Assembly: GCF_001194135.2 (NCBI RefSeq)
Contig: NC_068989.1
Coordinates: forward strand, 26,121,001 to 26,155,070
Source of the DNA: Octopus bimaculoides
Taxonomy: Eukaryota
Direction of reading: 5' to 3'
DNA: 34,070 nt
Positions 10,691-22,200 of this stretch are shown in pieces; the stretch's first letter is position 1; each line of letters opens with the position of its first letter. A model generated the notes under the pieces. It had not been told where the DNA came from. It saw nothing but the letters and a program-made list of their open reading frames with translations, and did no database searches. The position numbers and the translations under genes are program-made.

Positions 10691-11409
10691 GTAAGTTGAA
10701 TGGGTAGCGTGGTGCATTGTCTAAAACAGAGGTTCCCAAATTGTCCGTCTGCTGCCCCATTAGCACCCATGCTACGTTCCAAGCATCCCTCTTCTAGAAC
10801 CCTAATCCCACCACAAACTTAGACCTCTTTGTACTTCGAATTCAAAGCAACTCGCTTTCTCAGTTGACTCATTACTTTGCTGTTTTTACAGAGTAAAACA
10901 GTATATTTATATTTCACCTTTCACAACGGTGTTTTCATATTTTTAATGTGATGGACGTACATTGTGCAGGGATATCAACTTTCCGATATCAGTCTGAAAG
11001 GAATTAAGGAGTAGTCTTCTACCCCACCTTCAGCAACTCAGTTTGTTTTTTTGCTTAAAAAGAAGTTGGGCAATTCTACTGAAGCCTTACTCTCCCAAAT
11101 ATGATGTTAGGAAGGCGATGAAGTAATATATATATATATATANNNNNNNNNNNNNNNNNNNNNNNNNNNNNNNNNNNNNNNNNNNNNNNNNNNNNNNNNN
11201 NNNNNNNNNNNNNNNNNNNNNNNNNNNNNNNNNNNNNTTAATATATTATTTTCTTCATTTTGTACTTCTTTGTAAAAAAACATTTTCATTCTCCCTCTTC
11301 TTGAAAATTTGCTTCGCAATGAAAGCCGGTTACAGAAATCTTTATTAAAATATGCTTCCAGTTTAGCATTCTGCCTTATTATTATTTTTAATTTTCCTAT
11401 TATTTCTCC

Positions 11410-11610
11410 ACGTGCGGTTAACACAACCCCACTATTTACCGGTGTTTTTACGTCTCCGTCACTTAGAAGCTCAGCAAAAAGAGTCCGATAGAATCTGTAC
11501 TAGCCTAACAAAGAATATGTCATGGAGTCGATTAGCTCGACTAAAGTCGGTGCTCCAGCATGGCCGCAATGAAATGGCTGACACAAATAAAAGATTAAGA
11601 GAAATATAAA
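11410..11610 (+). mobile_element. SINE 3' half
   Basis: tttacgtctccgtcacttag...ccgatagaat...gtcgattagctcgactaaagtcggtgctccagcatggccgca...aaataaaag is the reverse complement of the 14270-14420 segment. Confidence 0.65.
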
Positions 11611-11923
11611 AGTCTGTCAATAAAAGCAAATAACGCTCATGCATTTTCACTATAGAAACGAAAGGAAATCGTGGTAGATTAAAATATATTTACAATACAG
11701 TAGAAAAATGAAATAAAACATAAAGTGAGACGAAATACGGCATTTTAAAAATATTGGCAAGTTGATTACTGTTGTAGAGAGTGAGACGGAATTGAAACAT
11801 TGCTCAGCAAGATGAAAACAGAAAGGGTCTATAAACAATCCGAATTTTGGAAAATTGAAATTAGGTGCTTAAACTAAACTTTCATTAAAATAATCTTCGC
11901 CGAGCGAGCACATACGTGTACAC

Positions 11924-11938
11924 ACAAACACACACACA

Positions 11939-11989
<51 letters not shown>

Positions 11990-11998
11990 GCATGCACA
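11924..11998. repeat. (CA)n microsatellite
   Basis: Direct inspection. Confidence 0.95.
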
Positions 11999-12770
11999 CA
12001 TATACAGGTAATTTCTGTTATTTACCCAAATTTAATTTCTGCATTCATTTCGGATAACAATAGATATATTTTGTAAGGGAAAGAGGGTGGATGGAGAAGT
12101 TAAAATCAGAACACGTGTAGATTTCGTACATGTTGCCATTGTTGTATCCATTTAAGTCGCAATATAAATCACTATATTTCTTACTTCATTTATAATTAAA
12201 TATGAAAGTAAATATATTAAGATAATTGCAACATAAATCAGCAATGAGATATTGTAGAATAAAAACAAAAGAAAATATTAAACACAATCTATAACGAGTG
12301 TTTTCTCAAATATCACACCTGCGTATATATGTAAATATAGCACACACACACATACACACACACACACACACACATACACACAGACACACACACCGAATAG
12401 CACGCACCTCCCCCCACACCCTTACGCGAGAACACACTCGCTCACTCACACACACACACACATACAAACACATACAAACACATACAAACATACATTTATG
12501 GTTTCAGTATATTAAGAAGAACGTACAGATGCACACAAAATATTTCTCAACACACTTATATTTATATGAATTAGATAACCACAGATTATAAAGTTTCCAT
12601 GTAATATGTTAAGATGAATCAAATTAACTAAATGTTTTCATGTATCTAATGAAAATTTGTGTACTTTGTAAACATGTATACACAAAGAGGTAGTATGTAT
12701 TTGCAGGGCATGTTTATATATGCATAAGAATACTAAGTATATGATTAATTTATGGAATATGAAGTTCTAC

Positions 12771-13417
12771 AATCTCAATCATATTTTTCAAAAATGGATG
12801 CAGAGAAGATGTCAAAAAGTTGTAAGAAGTTTAAACATGTATAAAATTGTTTTGTACATACATATAAATTCAGTTTGAATTTCAAAAAAAATATATAGTA
12901 CCCATCAGTGCAAAGAGAAAATATTACTAGTAACTTTAAAAAAGAGCAGAGAATTTGCATCTATGAGTTTCATGTTTGTCTGTTCCTATCTTTGTGTGAT
13001 AGTGATGCGCATCATGTCCACACACAGAAGAACATGAAGAACATACATATAAATTCACCGTTTGAATTTGAAAAAAATATAGTTCACATCAGTGCAAAGA
13101 GAAAATATTACTAGTAACTTTAAAAAAGAGCAGAGAATTTTCATTTATGAGTTTCATGTTTGTCTTTTCCTATCTTTGTGTGATAGTGATGCGCATCCTG
13201 TCCACACACAGAAGAACATGAAACTCACAGATCCAACTTCCCTGCTCTTTTTTAAAGTTCCGATTATTATTTTCTCTCTGCACTGATGAGTACTATGATA
13301 ATTTTTCAAATTCAGATATGACTTCTTATCTATATACGAAACAACTATATGCACGAATAAGCTTCTTACGACTTTTAACACCTTATCTCTTCCATTTTTG
13401 ACGAATATGATTGGATT
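12771..13417. repeat. Foldback (palindromic) element with diverged arms of roughly 200 bp
   Basis: The left arm (aatctcaatcatatttttcaaaaatgg...gtaagaag...tttgaatttcaaaaa...catcagtgcaaagagaaaa...aactttaaaaaagagcag...gagtttcatg) aligns with the reverse complement of 13217-13417 (catgaaactc...ctgctcttttttaaagtt...gcactgatg...ccatttttgacgaatatgattggatt). Confidence 0.75.
12856..13222. repeat. Tandem duplication of a ~184-bp unit (2 copies)
   Basis: Near-identical blocks start at 12856 and 13041. ORFs at 12908 and 13092 share MQRENITSNFKKEQRI...YEFHVCLFLSLCDSDAH and are offset by 184 nt. Confidence 0.92.
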
Positions 13418-13431
13418 AATTTACGGAATGA

Positions 13432-13659
13432 ATTTGCGTGAGACTCCGACGGTCTCTGAAAATGTGTGTATCTGAAAGTTTTGGTTTTCTTTCAAAGTTT
13501 TGTTTTGACGATGTTTTCCCCCTCTTTCTCAAAGACTGTCTTTACTTTCGAGACTGTACTTCTTCATACAGCAAATATTTCGGCTGTTTTCTTTACGCTA
13601 GCACCTGCAATACAAGGACCAACAATTTCATCTCTTTGAAAGTCCGATAGATCTGTCAT
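13432..13659 (-). pseudogene. Tc1-like transposase N-terminal HTH remnant
   Basis: Unlisted minus frame from ATG 13659: MTDLSDFQRDEIVGPCIAGASVKKTAEIFAV*RSTVSKVKTVFEKEGKTSSKQNFERKPKLS...RDRRSLTQI. Compare Tc1-like DLSDFQRGQIVGARLAGASVTKTA...VSR.TVSKV.....GKTSS....GRK.KLS.RDRR.L. Confidence 0.85.
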
Positions 13660-13883
13660 TTAAATGATTTTCAATAAATTCATCATAAATTAATCATTCC
13701 ATAAATTAATCATACACTTATTATTCTAATGCTACTTTACATATCTTTGCCAATTTACACCAATAAACTCTCAGTAAAATATGAAGAATCAACCTTAGAA
13801 ATCATTTTGGAAACCGCTCCAATTAAAGGACGAATCCACATTCAACCTGTTTCACGCGTATATCTGTGCATATGTATGTATGC

Positions 13884-13922
<39 letters not shown>

Positions 13923-13964
13923 GTGTGTGTGTATTACACAGGCGACTTACATCCACATTACGAT

Positions 13965-13966
<2 letters not shown>

Positions 13967-14017
<51 letters not shown>
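13967..14017. repeat. (CT)n microsatellite
   Basis: Direct inspection. Confidence 0.95.
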
Positions 14018-14018
<1 letters not shown>

Positions 14019-14262
14019 GGTCAGGGCAAAAATGAGAAAGAGGGAAAGTTAAGGCAGTATAATCTTAATTATAATTTCGCTTTCATTCTCTATCTTTTTC
14101 CATTATTTGAAATTTATGGCAATATGAAGTAGCTAACACTCCTTTAACTTGCGTGCCCTGGAAGTAATAGGGGAATACAATGTTGCATTTCATAACTTGA
14201 AAAGTAGATTTCATATATCTCTAAAATGAATTTACGAGTCGGTATATTCGTAATACTCTATA

Positions 14263-14580
14263 TACTCTTTACTCTTTTACTTGTTTCAGTCATATCACTG
14301 CGACCATGCTCGAGCACCGCCTTTAGTCGAGCAAATCGACGCTAGGACTTATTCTTTCTAAGCCTAATACTTATTCTACCAGGTTCTTTTACCGAACTGC
14401 TAGGTTACGGGGACACCATCATCGGTTGTCAAGCGAGGTTGAGGGCTTATTTATGTTTCTGTCTACCAAATCCACTCACAAGGCTTTGGTCGGCCCGAGG
14501 CTATAGTAGAAGACACCTGACCAAGGAGCCACGCAGTGGGAATGAATCTTGAATCATGTGGTCGGTAAGCAAACTACTTT
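14263..14580 (-). mobile_element. tRNA-derived SINE, near full length (cephalopod type)
   Basis: The minus strand begins with a tRNA-like head (tttgcttaccgaccacatgattcaagattcattcccactgcgtgg; B-box-like gattcaag/ttcattccc), then gtgtcttctactatagcctcgggccgaccaaagccttgtgagtggatttggtagac, then a tail ending gtaaaagagtaaagag. Related copies lie at 7797, 11410 and 16110. Confidence 0.75.
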
Positions 14581-16109
14581 ATTTCATTTTATTTGCCATA
14601 AAGGTAGTATACAGAGTAGCTGCAGGCAGGACAACACTTTAATGAATGAAAATGAAACGACGTAAAATGAATAAATGAGAGACGAAAAACAATGCCGGCC
14701 GACTGGGTTTTTCTCGAAAACATATTTTCTTTTTTAAAAAATCAATATGTGGTTTCAGACCTCTTACAAAAAGGAGGCACTAAACCTCTTACTTAACATG
14801 TTTTTTTTAAAAAACAAAACACACTATTAATGTTTTAAACCACTACAGATAATGCAATAAAAAGCGGTGTCAAACCCTCTAAACGAGGCTTTTTAATCTT
14901 CTATTAATCGATATAACCATCAATATATCTATCATTATCTTCAGTGCCGCTTGAGTTCCCATACCCCGCCATTTCCCATGCCTCATTAATGTATGAGGCA
15001 TATGTCATGTTAAGGCCAACCGGCCATATGCGACAGTCCTCTTTAAGTCTTTTAAGCTTTTCCCACACGAGAAGCCTTATGACCTCCACAGCTATCTGCG
15101 TTGGCAATTCGGGATCCCGTGTGCAGGCCATATCTACTGTCTCTTTATGTCCTTCTACTATTTTTCCACATCTCCGCCCATTTAGAAAATGATTAGTAAT
15201 TCTTCATCTTCATGGGTGGGGGTCGTTTCTTCCACCGTAAGTGGCACAACTTCGAGACATGCAGACGACACATCATTGTCCACCTGCAATGACCGGTTCT
15301 TCTTTCTTTTTTTCCTTTTCTTCCTGACTTCGGAACAGCGGAACTCTTCCGCTTTCTCCAGAGTCTCTCGCCACCCCCCGAAGCCTTAGGGTCCTTCGGC
15401 GGGCAACCATTGTTGCCTGCACCCTTACAGCCGCTTCCCCTTGCTGGTCTGGCATCAACAGACTAGTTTCAGGGCATTTGTCCCTTATCAATGTGAAGCA
15501 GCCGAACCGAGCAGGTGTCGCTACTGACCGTCTGTCCGAAGGATTATTTACCTAAATTCAGTGAAATACATCTACTGGTTTTCAAAAATAGAAATAGAAA
15601 TATTTCCAAGCCTCTCTGGACTGCCATGTTAGCTTGGCGATAACTATATATATATATATATATATATACGACAAGCTTCTCTCAGTTTCCATGCATATAT
15701 ATTTATGTATCTTGTACATCTTTCGTTTATTATTTAAGCGTTTGGTAGCAAATCCACTTCCTTGAAGGCCACCAGCAACAACAAAAACAACATCAGCAGC
15801 AACAGCAATAACAATAATAGTAACCTGACATGGACCGAAGAGACTGGAACGTAAAAGGCCGAAGGAGAGACAGGATTGACAACATACACTAAAACAACAA
15901 CAGCGATAAGGAAGACAGAAGAAAAACGGAGGAAGTGAAAAGACTGGGTCTACGTTGTCCTGACATACTACAGAGAACGGTAGAGAACGAAGTTCAAAAG
16001 CAGCATTAGGAGATCAAGCCTCATCGTCAGAATTATAAGAGGGATCTACCCCAGACGCATGCTGCCTAAACCCATGTCCCATCGCTACAATCGAAGACGA
16101 CGTACTTCT

Positions 16110-16245
16110 TTAAGTTTCCGTCTACTATATCAAAACCACTCAAAAGGCTTTGGTCAGCATGAGGTTGTAATAGAAGACACCTGGTCAAGGGACCACGCAG
16201 TTTAACTGAGCCCAGAACGAAGAATTTTTGCCACACGATTACACT
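16110..16245 (-). mobile_element. Degenerate SINE head fragment
   Basis: gtttccgtctac...aaaaccactcaaaaggctttggtcagc...tagaagacacctggtcaaggg.ccacgcag aligns with 14455-14540. Confidence 0.55.
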
Positions 16246-17046
16246 TCCACCTTTGAATATATATATATATATATAAAATTTTCATTAACTAGAATGCTTT
16301 CCGAATACTTTTAACTAAAATCTAGGTTACATAAACTCTTATTAAGTAAATATTAACGCTAACTTTGAAATTTATTGTTAGATGTATGTATAACCTCATC
16401 TCATGGTCTTAAAATATGCTGGAAATACAAACAATGAAATTCATATGCTGAACAGCTGAAAGTAAAAACGGCCCCGTTCAGTAAAATATAATAATTCTTT
16501 TACTCAAAATCTCTATTAGCTACAACGCACTAAAATTTATCCAGTAACTCAGTTATACGGGAATCATCAACGATTTTCTCTCTCCTTTATTTTCTCTTGA
16601 TGTGTATGTGTATACTCGCTTTGTAAAAACCTGCTCTAATTGCTTTTCAGTAAAACAGCTATAAGAAACATGTAATAAAAAAATATGTATTTTTATTGTA
16701 TTTTTATTTTCATAAATATATGGAAAAAATCGTTAGCACCTATTTCAAATCAGTTATACCTTCATTGAAATACACACATACGTATGCACACGGAGACAAA
16801 CAGATACACACAAGCACATACACACAAACTTGCACAGACAGATACACGCACACACACACATGTACACACACGCACCCTCCGCACACACACACACACACAC
16901 ACATACACACATACACGTCACTTAAGTGATTGAGGGTTGGGAGCAGTAGTCAACACTAGAACTGCTGACTACTGCTCTCAGTGACTTTAGTGACGCATAT
17001 GCTTCTGCCTTTCGGTTGTAACATTGCGAACAAACTACCCTTGGTA

Positions 17047-17944
17047 TCTATTATGTAAAAGTAAATGTCTGTGTGTTCGTGTGTTACTTATAGACTCGAA
17101 AACTACTGCATCGATCCAAATGAAATTTGAAACAGAAAATCGAAGCTTAGGGAGAAGGGTTATGCCGTATGTTTCATACCACTTTGAAGGGGCATAAAAG
17201 GGTTAAGAACCCCTCGTGAAAATTCTTATGCTTTGAATTTTGATGAAATTTGAACAATGAGATTTGAAAATACACCCAAAATTTTCATTTCTTTGGATGA
17301 TTCTAAGACCCCCTAGCAGGGGCTTAAACCCCCCACCCCAAATTTTAATCATTCTAAATTGACCAAAATTACTTAATGGACCCCTATGATATTTGGAACT
17401 TAGATTCAATGCATAAAGGAGAGTATAATGCAGTATGTTTGGTTTGAATTTGAGGAGTTTCAAAGGGGGCAGAACACCCCCACGAAAATTCATGAATCTC
17501 CGATGCTGATGAAATTTAAACCATAGGTTATTGTCACAAATCAAGAAGTATTTCCAGAGTTTCCGCTTCTCATGAGGATTCTAAGACACCGTAATGGGGG
17601 CCTTAACTCCCAAATTTTAGGCATTTTTTATGATATAAAATAAAGTCTAAAGTACCGAATGGATCTTTATATTTGGAAATGATATCCTATGCATATGGGC
17701 GGATGTAATGCAGTATATGTTTGAAGGTGAAGGGTCATACATCAGGCCATAACCCCATGAAAATTCATGTAGTTTGCTGTTTAAAAAAAATTAACCATAG
17801 ATATTAGAAATAAATGAAATAATATTCCTAAAATCGCAACATCTTAGGAGGTTAGTAAGACGCCTTAATGGTGGTTTAACTCTCTCAATTTAGTCATTTT
17901 TCCTAAGCCAAAGCGAATATAATTGTAGTCTTGGGAATCTCTAG
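17047..17944 (+). mobile_element. Non-autonomous Helitron-like element with internal tandem repeats
   Basis: It starts A|TCtattatgtaaaagtaaatgtctgtgtg...aaaactactgcatcgatccaaatgaaatttg, the 5' pattern typical of invertebrate non-autonomous Helitrons (TC start, TGTC-like tract, aaaactactg..ccgat...atgaaattt). The 3' end is uncertain: the candidate CTAG at 17941-17944 is followed by A, not T. Confidence 0.5.
17207..17900. repeat. About 2.5 diverged tandem copies of a ~270-bp unit
   Basis: The anchor cccc..gaaa(a)ttc.tg recurs at ~17210, ~17478 and ~17752. Other recurrent blocks are gatgaaattt, gattctaagac...gggg...ttaa, atatttggaa and taatgcagtat. Confidence 0.75.
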
Positions 17945-18399
17945 AGTCACTCGATGATACAAGATGAGTTTATTTGTAATTGAATGGTACAACAACGTAA
18001 GAGTTTGCTTAGATCGTGATTCCTGCAATGTGGTGCATAAATTGTCAAGGAAAGGAAAAACATCGTTGCCTCCACTTATTCAGTTGCAAAGTGTTATTTG
18101 GAGTAAAGTTATTCGGTTGCAGAACTCCTTTGAGTCTTTTTAGTATCACTGGATCAGAGATAGTCCCCAGATAGTCCCCTGATTTCAAGGCCCTTCCAGA
18201 TAAGTGATTGGTCATTCAAAGAGATTTATTGAATGCAAATTTGCTCTGTTTAGTTACTTATCGTCATAGTTATCATTGGCAAACTCCAGAAGTGACACGT
18301 TCATTTCCCCTTAGCTCTCACGTCACAGAGTTGTTAATGCTTATTTGAGGTGGTTTACACCCTTCCAATTGGTATAGATCCGTAATGCATCTTACGGCT

Positions 18400-18660
18400 G
18401 TGCCGGTCCCCTGTATGGTGAGGAATCCTACTTTTGGGAGTGGTAATGACTAGGGTAGGGTAGCTGACTACTTATTGTGATCATTCGCCTTCTGGTTTCC
18501 TCTAACTTTCCTCTCTTTTACAAATCCAGTGAACATACATCTCCATAATAAGGGCTTTCACCCCCACATTTTAGAGCTCCATGTGCTTCACGTGCTCTAT
18601 TTTTCAGAAGCAAAATCGTTTGAATGGGTGTATAAGATTTGTATTTTGGAGTCTGGGCAT
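18400..18660 (-). pseudogene. Possible RNase H-like remnant of a retroelement
   Basis: Pieces in shifting frames: IQILYTHS (cf. I-x-TDS), MYVHWI and VRGNQKAND (cf. WV-x-GH-x-G-x-x-GNE-x-AD). Heavily decayed. Confidence 0.25.
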
Positions 18661-19110
18661 AAATATGAGTAGTATGGGATAAATATTTCCGGATTAGAAG
18701 TTTTGTTAGGGTGTGTAAAGAAGGTTTCCCCCCCCCCCNNNNNNNNNNNNNNNNNNNNNNNNNNNNNNNNNNNNNNNNNNNNNNNNNNNNNNNNNNNNNN
18801 NNNNNNNNNNNNNNNNNNNNNNNNNNNNNNNNNNNNNNNNNNNNNNNNNNNNNNNNNNNNNNNNNNNNNNNNNNNNNNNNNNNNNNNNNNNNNNNNNNNN
18901 NNNNNNNNNNNNNNNNNNNNNNNNNNNNNNNNNNNNNNNNNNNNNNNNNNNNNNNNNNNNNNNNNNNNNNNNNNNNNNNNNNNNNNNNNNNNNNNNNNNN
19001 NNNNNNNNNNNNNNNNNNNNNNNNNNNNNNNNNNNNNNNNNNNNNNNNNNNNNNNNNNNNNNNNNNNNNNNNNNNNNNNNNNNNNNNNNNNNNNNNNNNN
19101 NNNNNNNNNN

Positions 19111-19156
<46 letters not shown>

Positions 19157-19350
19157 ATGTGTATGCATGTGTGTGCATGTATGCATATGTGTGCTTGTCT
19201 TTGTGAAATAATAAGGGTTGAAAATGTATGAATTTTTCATATATATAATATGTATATATATTATAGTATTCATAATAAATGTGAGTGTGTGTGTTTGTAA
19301 GTGTATGGGAGTGAGCATGTGAGTGTGTGTGTTCAGAGATTGATATATAA

Positions 19351-19417
<67 letters not shown>
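19351..19417. repeat. (GATA)n microsatellite
   Basis: Direct inspection. Confidence 0.97.
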
Positions 19418-19419
<2 letters not shown>

Positions 19420-19425
19420 AATAGC

Positions 19426-19460
19426 AGGTTGGGCTGAAAAGTTCATAGAGTGACTATGAA
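19426..19460 (+). mobile_element. Isolated mariner-type TIR fragment
   Basis: caggttgggctgaaaagttcatagagtgactatg resembles mariner TIRs of the gggctgaaaagttcata type. No partner TIR or coding sequence found. Confidence 0.3.
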
Positions 19461-20222
19461 TGTGTAATGAAATTTTCTAAAATTATGAATGAGTAATGAC
19501 ATTTTCCAAAAATTAATTCCAGCTCCATTTATTAATAACAGCATTGTTTCTTCCTGACCAGATTTTATTTCAACGCATAAAGATGTAGATGAGAATAGTG
19601 TATCTATTATATCGAAGTTCAAAGACACATTTAACATAGTACTGCAATACTACAACTACTCGTTATATGGGAGAACAAAATGGAAAGCATTCATAGTTAA
19701 TTTACAGCATTGTGAAGAGAAAAGTTAAACGGATACAATATTACTTGTATATAACATTTTCACGACCAGAGATATATTCTGTTTATAAACTAAATGTTTT
19801 TTCAACTTCCTTATAAAAAGGAAACATTAACTCCAACACTGTTCACGAAGATTGATGTACAAATGTGTTTCTGCATAATGTAAATCAGGTTTATTTGAAA
19901 AAAAATATGGAACAAATGATTGGCAGAGAGGGTGAAATGGAATTATCAAGCAATGTAAACTTGTCCTTCAAGGAATTTATCTCTGAAGATAAAATATAGA
20001 TCAAAACAGTAGAACATCTATCAGAAAATTTTACATCATCACCAAATTCTGCATAATATAATCGATTATTTTTTCGTGATGGTAGGGAGCACACTGATGC
20101 ATGTGGAACAGGTGCCTATTTTATGATTACTTGCGTCAGTTAAATATGTTCAGCTGTTATTTCTTTATTGTTTCCTTCTAATGTAAAATATAATTTGCCA
20201 AATTTAATAGATAAATAATAAC

Positions 20223-20268
<46 letters not shown>

Positions 20269-20809
20269 AGCTTAAAAGTCATCATCATCATCACCTTCAT
20301 CATCGTTATTATGATGGCTAGATGATTCGTGTCTTAAAACCTTTCATATTTTTGTTGGAAAAAATGTAGTTTGTTAAAAGTATTTGAGGAAACGTAGGTC
20401 CGAATGCTCATCACTTTTGTGATAACAAATTCACCCTCTCAGATGTTTTCGTGTTTAAGATCACATTAGTGGAAATATCCATCTTATTAAAACCTTCAGT
20501 GAGCTGCGCTTACTCGTCTCATTCAAGTCACAACAATTTCAGTAGTAGTAGCAGCAGTACTGAAAATCTTTCGCGTATCCAGATATATGAAGAAATTCAA
20601 CAAGAAAAATAACAACAACAATTTCAAGAACAATATCATCAACTATAACAACAAAAACTATTACTCTAACAGAATCAACAACAACAAAAATGGCGACGAA
20701 TATGATGTTCGTGAACCAAAAGATAAAGATTTTAGCAACAGCAGTTATAACAATTGTAATAACAACATCTATAATCTCCAGAAAAACAGCAGCACCAACA
20801 GCAAATCGA

Positions 20810-22200
20810 TCCAACCCGTGGTCAGAGCTATCTTTTCCTTTCAGATATTTTCAGTTATGGCTTTGTTGATCAATAACAGATATTTATAGCCATGTTAACT
20901 TTTGCAACATCCCTTCTGCTTTTCTGGAAACAGATTGTTTTTCTAGATTTTTGCTCATTTCCCGCAACGTGGGGGAACATGTTATGGATGTGTAGCTTTG
21001 CAGCTTTGCAGTTACAGTGGATTTGGGAATTAGGATGGTTTTTCTCTCTATGAACCATTCAAATGCAGTATCTGGCTCGGCTAGTCTCACTGCTAGTTCC
21101 TTGTGTCCCTGTTAATATTTTTGTCAGAATTGGGGATTTTGTCTAATCCTAACGCCTTCCAATTGACTAGATTTTGCAGGGCAAAATAGATATAGATGTA
21201 CAAAGTTGGTCAGGTGCTGTGTTTATGTTTGAATTTGTTCTTTCTGGAGTAATTCCTTCGCTGCACACCTTTCCAAAGTTCTTTATTTCTCCTACTACTG
21301 GTGCTGCATTGATATTTCTTTTAATATTACCAAGTTCGTGATAGAATCTTTTTGGGCAGCAGTTAAACAGATTGTATACATCAAAGAATCGTTGGCTTTT
21401 TTCATACCACGGATTCTTTCTGGTTTGACGAAACTATCTTGCTTTAACTAGCCTTTTTATCTTAGCTATATCTTGTTTTGTTATCTCAGATTTCTGTAGT
21501 AATTTCTTTCTTTCTTATTGTTCAATAGATTTGTTTGGTTTACTAATTTAATTTATGATTGACTGACTCGTCCTTTTATTGTATTTTTTTGTTGTCTCCA
21601 TGTCGTTTGTGTTTGTTGTATTACTCATATTTCAATGTATTTGATGGGGATATTCACTTTCCTTTGTGGGAACAGGGGTTGCTGCATATACCTTTAATTC
21701 TGTAATGACCAAATTTATGTTTTTTATTGTTGTTGCCACTTTATTATAAGATCAAGTTTTGGGGAAGTAGAGTCAGTGGTCCATACTGAATTTTGTGGCT
21801 GTTAATTCTTTGATAATACTCATGGTTTCCGAATTCATTGTTTCCCGATTTTAGATTTGCTCCAAATTTTTTCCTGTTTATATTTTTGTTTGTGTTGTTA
21901 TCTCTTGGTGCATTTTGGTCACCATTAAGCATTCCAAGCTATTGAGATACATGTGTTTCATTACATCGTTTTGTTGCACATTTTAGGTATCTTCGTGCTT
22001 TACAAGCCCGGTACTATTCTTATTATTAGGTATTGTTCTATAGGTACTATTTGCATTTCCACGGTGTATTTTTTTCTTTTAAATTCTCTATTTAAGTTTC
22101 TAATAACTTTTTCTTTTTAGAGAATGTATCTCCTGATGTTGACAAGTTTGATAGCGTTCATCGATATATCCAGATCTGTATTATTTTCTTCGCGATTATA
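20810..22200 (-). mobile_element. R4/Dong-like RLE non-LTR retrotransposon: N-terminal region and first RT motifs, decayed and 3'-truncated
   Basis: Minus-frame pieces in order: KLVNIRRYIL...IENLK; RIRWYEKSQRF...NLF...KRFY; NWKALGLDKIPNF; EWFIERKTILIPK...SYTSITCSPT; GCCKS*HGYKYLLLINKAITEN...GWID. These match R4/Dong RT (NWKAPGPD, T.LIPK, YRPITCL, GCKDQLLINKAI, WIDY). Confidence 0.8.

Larger units (their letters stand above)
12736..13718 (-). mobile_element. Non-autonomous Tc1-like element with terminal inverted repeats and TA flanks
   Basis: taagtatatgattaatttatggaat (12734-12758) and attccataaattaatcatacactta (13696-13720) are reverse complements at 24/25 positions, including the outer TA dinucleotides. 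The element contains a Tc1 N-terminal remnant. Confidence 0.7.

Noticed and set aside
10727-10740. hAT-like terminal motif cagaggttcccaaa (also cagtggttccca at ~2451)
   Set aside because: No partner TIR or 8-bp TSD found.
12856-13222. 184-bp direct repeats and other periodic blocks as a CRISPR array
   Set aside because: No short repeats with unique spacers and no cas genes, in a eukaryotic context.
13281-13300. CTGATGAG as a hammerhead core (also CTGATGA at ~17506 and ~28315)
   Set aside because: No GAAA and NUH strands with complementary stems nearby in any order.
15830-16000. Possible RTE-type LINE 3' end (KGRRRDRIDNI)
   Set aside because: One short low-complexity motif is not enough evidence.
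17941-17944. CTAG as the definitive Helitron 3' end
   Set aside because: It is followed by A rather than T and has no clear subterminal hairpin. Kept only as a tentative boundary.
19891-20094. 67-aa ORF (LYYAEFGDDVKFSD)
   Set aside because: No recognisable domain, and ORFs of this length are expected by chance.
20539-20889. Asn-rich 100-aa ORF and its antisense partner
   Set aside because: Degenerate (AAC)/(AAT) sequence fused to the broken end of a LINE. No domain is recognisable.
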